Shown here: one piece after another, positions 58,091 through 64,000 of the stretch
Position numbering within the stretch: position 1 is the first letter of the stretch
How the letters are laid out: every line of letters begins with the position of its first letter
The notes under the pieces: model-generated
Told to the model about the DNA's origin: nothing
Databases searched by the model: none
What the model saw: only the letters and a program-made list of their open reading frames with translations
Position numbers and translations under genes: made by a program
NCBI GenBank assembly: GCA_963733635.1
Contig: CAVTEH010000005.1
Coordinates: 760-64,759 of the forward strand
Direction: 5' to 3'
Source of the DNA: an uncultured Actinomycetota bacterium
Lineage (GTDB): Bacteria > Actinomycetota > UBA4738 > HRBIN12
DNA: 64,000 bases

Positions 58091-60144
58091 GTGGCTTCCG
58101 TCGCCGACGAGGTTGCCGCGCTCCGCGGAACCCGTGCGGCGACACTGAAGGATCTGCTCACCCACCCGGCGTTCTCGCGGCTGCTCGCCGCGATGAGCAT
58201 CTCCTCGCTGGGCGATTGGGTGGGGTTCGTGGCGGTGACCTCGCTGGTCACCACCCTTGTCCGGGTCCGTCGCGAAGGCCGGGTTCGCGATCAGCGCGGT
58301 GATGGTGGCCCGCATGCTGCCGGCGATCCTGTTCGGGCCGATCGCGGGAGCCTTGGTCGATCGGGTCGACCGCAAGCAGATCATGATCGTCGCCGACATC
58401 GGACGTGGCGTCATGTACGCGTCGATGGCGTTCATGGGGCAGCTCTGGGCGATCTTCCTGTTGTCGTTCGCGATCGAGTGCCTGTCGCTGCTGTGGTCGC
58501 CGGCGCGCGACGCATCGCTCCCGAACATGGTGCCGCGCCGCCAACTCGCCAACGCGAACTCGATCGGCCTGGTCAGCACCTACGGCACGTTGCCGCTGGG
58601 CGGGGCCGTCTTCGCGGCGCTCACGGCCTTCAGCTCGTGGATCGGCGGGCGCGTCGCGTTCCTCGGGCGACCGTCCCGAGACGCTGGCGCTGCTGCTGGA
58701 CGCCGGCACGTTCGCCTTCTCGGCGTTCATGGTGAGCCGCATCGAGTTCCCTGCCCCGATCCGTGGGCTCACGGGCCGGTTCGATCTGTCGCGCGTGTGG
58801 CGCGACGTCGTCGACGGCGTGCGGTTCCTGCGGGAGGATTCGATCGCCTCGGCGATGACGGGCGGCATCGTCATCGCGTTCGCGGCGGTCGGGGCGGTGC
58901 TGGCGCTGGGGCCGATCTTCGTGGGTTCGCTCGATGCCGACGCGGCCGCGTGGGGGGTCATGGTCACGGCGTTCGGCGTGGGCATGTTCCTGGGCATGGC
59001 CACCGCGAACCAGCTCAACAAGATCGTGGAACGAGACGTGGTCTTCACGTGGGCCTTGTTGGCGGCGGCCGGGACGCTGTTCGTGCTCGCGGCGATGCCC
59101 AATCTCGCTCTGGCCGCGGTCGTCGCGGTGTGGCTCGGGGCCTTCTGCGGCCTGGCGTGGGTGAGCGGGTACACGCTGCTGCAGGAGAACGTCGAGGACG
59201 AGTTCCGGGGGCGGACCTTCGCTTCTCTCACCACCTTGTCGCGGCTGGGACTGTTCCTCAGCCTCACGGTGTTCCCTATCCTGTCGAGCGTCTATGTCGA
59301 CTACGACTTCAACATCGGTGGGCAACGCATCGACCTGTCGGGTCCGCGCCAGGCGATGTGGACCGCCGGCGCGCTGGCCGATGGTGGCCGGCCTCAACAC
59401 CCGTCGTCTGCTCAAGCGCCACCGATTGTCCCGGCCCGCAACCTCTCACGCTCGTGCCCAAGCTGAAGCGGCCCCCGGCCACCGGGGTCTTCATCGCCTT
59501 CGAGGGCGTCGAGGGATCGGGCAAGGGCACCCAGATCGAACGGGCCGAGGAGTACCTGCGCGCGCAGGGCGCCGACGTGCTGGTCACGCGCGAGCCCGGG
59601 CGGCACCGAGCTGGGGGAGAAGGTGCGCCAGATCCTGCTCGACCCCGGCACCGGCACGCTGGACGCGCGCAGCGAGGCGTTGTTGTTCTCGGCGGCGCGG
59701 GCCCAGATGGTCTCGAGCATCATCCGGCCCGCGCTGGCCGACGGCAAGGTCGTGATCTGCGACCGATACGTCGACTCCTCCCTCGCCTATCAAGGGTGGG
59801 CGCGAGGACTGGGCGAACAGGACGTGCTCAACCTGAACACGTGGGCCACCCAGGGTCTGTTCCCGGACCTGGTGGTGCTGTTGCACCTGGAGCCCGAGCG
59901 GGGCCTGCTGCGATCGACCGAGGCTCCCGACCGTCTGGAGATGGAAGGACAGAGCTTCCATGCCAAGGTCGCGGACGCCTACCTGAAGATCGCCGAAGAG
60001 CACCCCGAGCGCTTCGTCGTGGTGGACGCGGACCGCACCCCCGACGAAGTGTTCGCCGACGTGCGGGAGGCGTGCAGAAGGCCGTCGGATCGCGACGACG
60101 GCCGACGGTGGACGTCCGAGCATCCGGCGGCAGCTTGCCGATAG
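58091..60144 (+). CDS. tmk: MFS transporter fused to thymidylate kinase (frameshifts)
   Basis: About 12-TM MFS (GALVDRVDRKQIMIVAD) followed by FIAFEGVEGSGKGTQ, VTREPG, VICDRYVDSSLAYQG; no separate tmk start seen. Confidence 0.85.
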
Positions 60145-60153
60145 CATGGGGTC

Positions 60154-61282
60154 GTGACCTCGCAGATCCCGGTGCTCCAGCAGGTTCCCGGGCAAGACGA
60201 CGCCATGGCGTTCCTGGCCGGGGCCGCCGCCGCGGCCACATCACGCCTACGTGCTGGCCGGTCCCGAGGGCAGCGGCAAATCGCTGGCGGCGCGGGCGTT
60301 CGTGGCTGCGTTGCTGTGCTCCCAGCGGTGGGTGCGGGCAGTGTCGCGATTGCCGGCTTGCCCTGAAGGACCAACATCCCAACCAGTTCGTCATCGAACC
60401 CGAGGGCCGCGACATCCACGTGGACACGATCCGCGAGGAGGTCTGGCAGCCGGCCTCGCGCACCGCTCCCGAGCCGGGCCGCAAGGTGTTCATGATCCGA
60501 GAGGCGGACCGTCTGTCGCCCGCTGCCGCCGACACCCTGCTGAAGGTGCTGGAGGAGCCTCCCGCCGATGCGGTGTTCCTGCTGATGTCGGCCCGTGCGC
60601 ACGAGCTGCCCGAGACCGTGATGTCGCGCTGTCACGTCGGTGGCCTTCAGCGCCTTGTCGGAGGCGTTCGTCATGGAGTCGCTCTCGACCGAGGGCGTCG
60701 ATCCGGTCGAAGGCGGCGCTCGCCGCGCGGCTGACCGGCGGCAACATGGGCCGTGCCCGGCGGCTCGCGGTCGTCCCAGGACGGTCTCCGCTTCCGCGAC
60801 GCGGCGCGCGAAGCGATCGAGCTCGCCGCCCAGGGCCCCCCGGGAGGGCTCGCCGCGGCCGAGGTGGTCCTGAAGGCCGCCGAGGGCTACAAGGTCCTGC
60901 TCGACCAGGACAAGGAGCGCGATCTCGCGCCGTTCCTGGACGAGAAGGGCAAGGAAGAGCCCGCCTATCGCGCGGCCGATCAAGCGCATCAACGACCGGT
61001 ACAAGCGCAAGGAACGCCGCGCCGAGCGCGACTACGTCGACTGGGTGATGCTGGCGGCATCGGCGCTGCTGCGCGACCGCATCGCGCTCGGCGTGGGCAT
61101 GCCGCCGGCCGAGCTCATGAACCCCGACGTCCAGCCCGGCGACGCGCTCAGCGTCCCCCGCGCGGCCTCCGGGCTGGCCGCCATCGAAGCCGCGCGCGCC
61201 GAGCTGGCCGAGGACTTCAACCTCAACGTGCGGCTGGTGCTTGGAACGAGCGTTCCTGACGCTGGCCGACATCGCCGCCTGA
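60154..61282 (+). CDS. holB: DNA polymerase III subunit delta' (frameshifts)
   Basis: GPEGSGKS, CGQCRDC, ADTLLKVLEEPP, ETVMSRC; follows tmk. Confidence 0.9.
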
Positions 61283-61382
61283 CGGGTCGTCAGCGCACCC
61301 TCAGCCGGTGATGCCAGCCACCCCTGCTAAGGGTGGTGATCTCCTCGTGGCGCGCGAGAACCCTGCCGCGTACCCTCGCGGC

Positions 61383-62143
61383 ATGGAAACGACTTCGCCG
61401 GCCCTGCTGCGTCGACTCGCTCCGCAAGACGTTCGAGGCGGCCGAGGACGACCAGATGCCCGTCCGGGCGCTCCGAGGTCTGGATCTGGTGGTGGACAGC
61501 GGTGAGTTCGTCGCCGTCATGGGCCCCTCCGGCTGCGGCAAGTCCACGATGCTGAACCTGGTCGCCGGCCTCGACACGCCCACGGACGGCACGATCGCGA
61601 TCGACGGCGAGCCGATCACGGGCCTGCCCGATGACGAGCTCGGCCATGATGCGCCGCCGCCATATCGGCATCGTCTTCCAGTTCTTCAACCTGCTGGAGG
61701 GATGACGGTGCTGGAGAACGTGGCGATGCCCGCGGCGGTCGCGGGCCGGTCGCGCAAGCTCGCGGAGACCCGGGCTCGCGATCTGCTCGACCTGCTCGGG
61801 ATCGCCGACAAGGCAGGTGCTTCGCCCGGGCGCGCTCTCCGGCGGCCAGCGTCAACGCCTCTCGATCGCCCGGGCCTTGGCGAACCAACCGACGCTCCTG
61901 CTGGCCGACGAGCCCACCGGCTCACTCGACTCGACCGGGAGGCGCCGAGGTGCTGGAGCTGTTCCGGCGGTTGCATGACGGTGGTCAGACGATCGTGCAT
62001 GGTGACCCACGACGATGACGTCGCCGCCGGTCGCCGATCGGATAGTGCGTATGCGTGACGGCCGGATCGACGATGGACGGGCGGTGCCCGACGCAGCGTC
62101 TACCTCGCGGGTGTTCGCCCTGCTCGAGGACCCGACGCCGTGA
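61383..62143 (+). CDS. ABC transporter ATP-binding protein (LolD/MacB-like; frameshifts)
   Basis: [29 protein letters not shown]. Confidence 0.9.
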
Positions 62144-64000
62144 ACGCCGGCACGGGCATGCGCGCTCGCGCCGACGCCGGTCGCGGACGGCCTCGCTCGT
62201 GGTCGTGACACTGGCGATCGGTCTGGCCGGTGCGGTGTCCATGGCGGCGTTCTCGGGCGCTCGCACGAGCCGAGCACTGCCTATACGCGATACCGCGAGG
62301 TGACGAACCAGCCCGAGGCGTTCATGTTCGGCGGGAAGCGGTGTCCGCTCGCTGCCGGGACCATCCCGACGCAGGCGCAGGCCGCTCCCCGAGGTGGAGA
62401 CCTGGCTGACAGGTGTGGACGACGCGTCACGACCGTCCGCTCGCTCGAGGGCGTGCAGCTTATGGGTGAAACGCGGTTCGAGACCAGCGTGGAAGCGCTC
62501 TCGCTTGACGCACGAGGGCTCACCCGAGCCCCTGCTGCTCGAGGGGCGGATGCCGCTCCGGTGCCGACGAGATTCTGGTGGGATGGAACCGGAGTCCCCG
62601 CCCCGCAGCCGCGGGTATGGGCAAGACGGTCGAGGCTGGAGTTCATCAAGGCAGGTCATGAGGAAGCCGCGGTCTCGGGCGCGCCCAAACCCCAAGACTT
62701 GGTTCGCGGGGTCCAGGTCGACGGTTGTTGGTCGCGCGATCATGCCGGGGGAGCTCGACGGTTTCAGCGGTTCGATCGTCACCGACGACGACGTTCCTTC
62801 AGCGCTGGAAGGGTGAGGCCGCCGGATGTGACATAGGCCGTCGTGCAGCTCGGCGGGGGCATTGCCGACGTGCCGCGGTTCAGCTCGCACGTCGGGGGGC
62901 TCGGCGAAGTGTTCTCCTTCGACACCTCGACCGAGGCAGCGATCGCGCGCAGCGGACCGGCATCGCTGCAAGGTGTGATCCTTCGGATGTTCGGTTTCCT
63001 GGTCTTGCTTGCAGGGATCTTGGTGCTGGGGCAGGTGCTGGTTCGCCGCACCCTGCTCGGCGCCATCGACACCCCGATCCTGCGAGCGCTCGGCATGACG
63101 CGGGGTCAGCTGGTTCGTGGCGCGGCGATCTGCAGGAGCCGTGGTCGCTGATCGGCGCGCTGGTGATCGCGATCGTCGGGGCGGTGAGCCTGACCGCTGT
63201 TCCTGCCGCATCGCGGAGGTCCGCTCGCTTCGAAGCCGAGCCGGGCATCTGGCTCGAGCCGTCCGTGCTTGGTTGCTGGCGCCGTGGCGATCGTTGCCGG
63301 TGTGATGCTGAGCGTGGTTCTGCCGGCGTGGCGAACGGCTCGCGCAGAGCACGGGAGTGCTGGGCACGGTCGAGTATCGAAGAGCCGATCGGAGGCCGTC
63401 GCGGATCGCCACCGCCGTCGCCCGCACCGGGTTGCCGGTCACCGCGATCGCCGGCACGAGGCTCGCGCTCGAGCCGGGTCACGGCCGCACGGCCACGCCC
63501 GTACGCAGCGGCATCATCGGCCTCGCGCTCGCGGTCACGGCGATGGTGGGCGCCTTCGGGTTCGCAGCCAGCATGGATCGGTTGCATCTCCAACCCGGGC
63601 CTGTGGGGAGTTCGGTTCGACGTGGCCACGGGGCATCCGTTCATCGGGCGATGTGTTCGAGCGGGACGCGATGCCCGATCCTCGTCGACGACCCCGGGCT
63701 CGCCGATCGTCACAGCCGGCAACTTCCAGGAAACCCTTCAGCATCGTGCGGGCCCGACAGGCGGATTCCGCAGGAATCGATCTGGGCGACAGAAGACGAG
63801 CAAGGGTGATCCCATCGAGCTGACGATGCTCGACGGCCGCTGGCCTGCAGGGCCGACGATGAGATCGCGCTCGGCGCGGTCACCGCACGCGTCGCTGGGC
63901 GTCGCGAGCTAGGGGGCACGGTTCGGCGATTCCAGCGTCGGGGGCACCCAGGCAGCAGATGGAGGTCGTGGGTATCGCGGTGTTCCCGGACTTCGGGTTC
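62140..64000 (+). CDS. ABC transporter permease (FtsX-like), runs off the window end; heavily frameshifted
   Basis: VVTLAIGLAGAVSMAA, GFLVLLAGILVLGQ, LRALGMTRGQL, RLALEPGHGRTATPVRS. Confidence 0.75.

Overview
High-GC (about 70%) bacterial chromosomal DNA, most likely from an Actinomycetota lineage (inference from gene content, and from helicase-hppA-topA-MFS/tmk-holB synteny resembling Streptomyces). Most long genes are broken by single-base indels, so the sequence looks like an unpolished long-read assembly. Coordinates of frameshifted genes were joined by eye and are approximate. Bases 1-25.5 kb are an accessory patchwork of small stress/detox genes: GATase, DinB x2, VOC x2, F420-dependent reductase, two ArsR-SRPBCC modules with visible operators, DUF1801 x2, YciI x2, two class III nucleotidyl cyclases, a DrrAB-like ABC exporter, and a NarL-type two-component system with two secreted paralogues, each preceded by a GGGAC-N4-GTCCC box. 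Bases 30-54 kb form a large cation-homeostasis region: a yybP-ykoY (Mn2+) riboswitch-controlled CaCA antiporter, a CDF-like protein, a K+-independent H+-PPase, and an unusually elaborate K+ locus. That locus holds a 27-aa leader peptide plus kdpFABC-kdpDE, a kinase-less KdpD-like membrane protein, two TrkA/RCK genes with no TrkH/KtrB pore in the window, a second N-terminally truncated KdpD/KdpE pair, and two tandem KimA-like permeases that each carry a duplicated cytosolic domain. Three of its promoters share an 11-bp-phased CGT(C/G)AAG repeat. Bases 55.5-64 kb hold topA, an MFS-Tmk fusion, holB and an ABC transporter. No rRNA, tRNA, CRISPR array or transposase was recognised. The K+ locus is the best candidate for an undescribed system, but novelty cannot be established without database searches.
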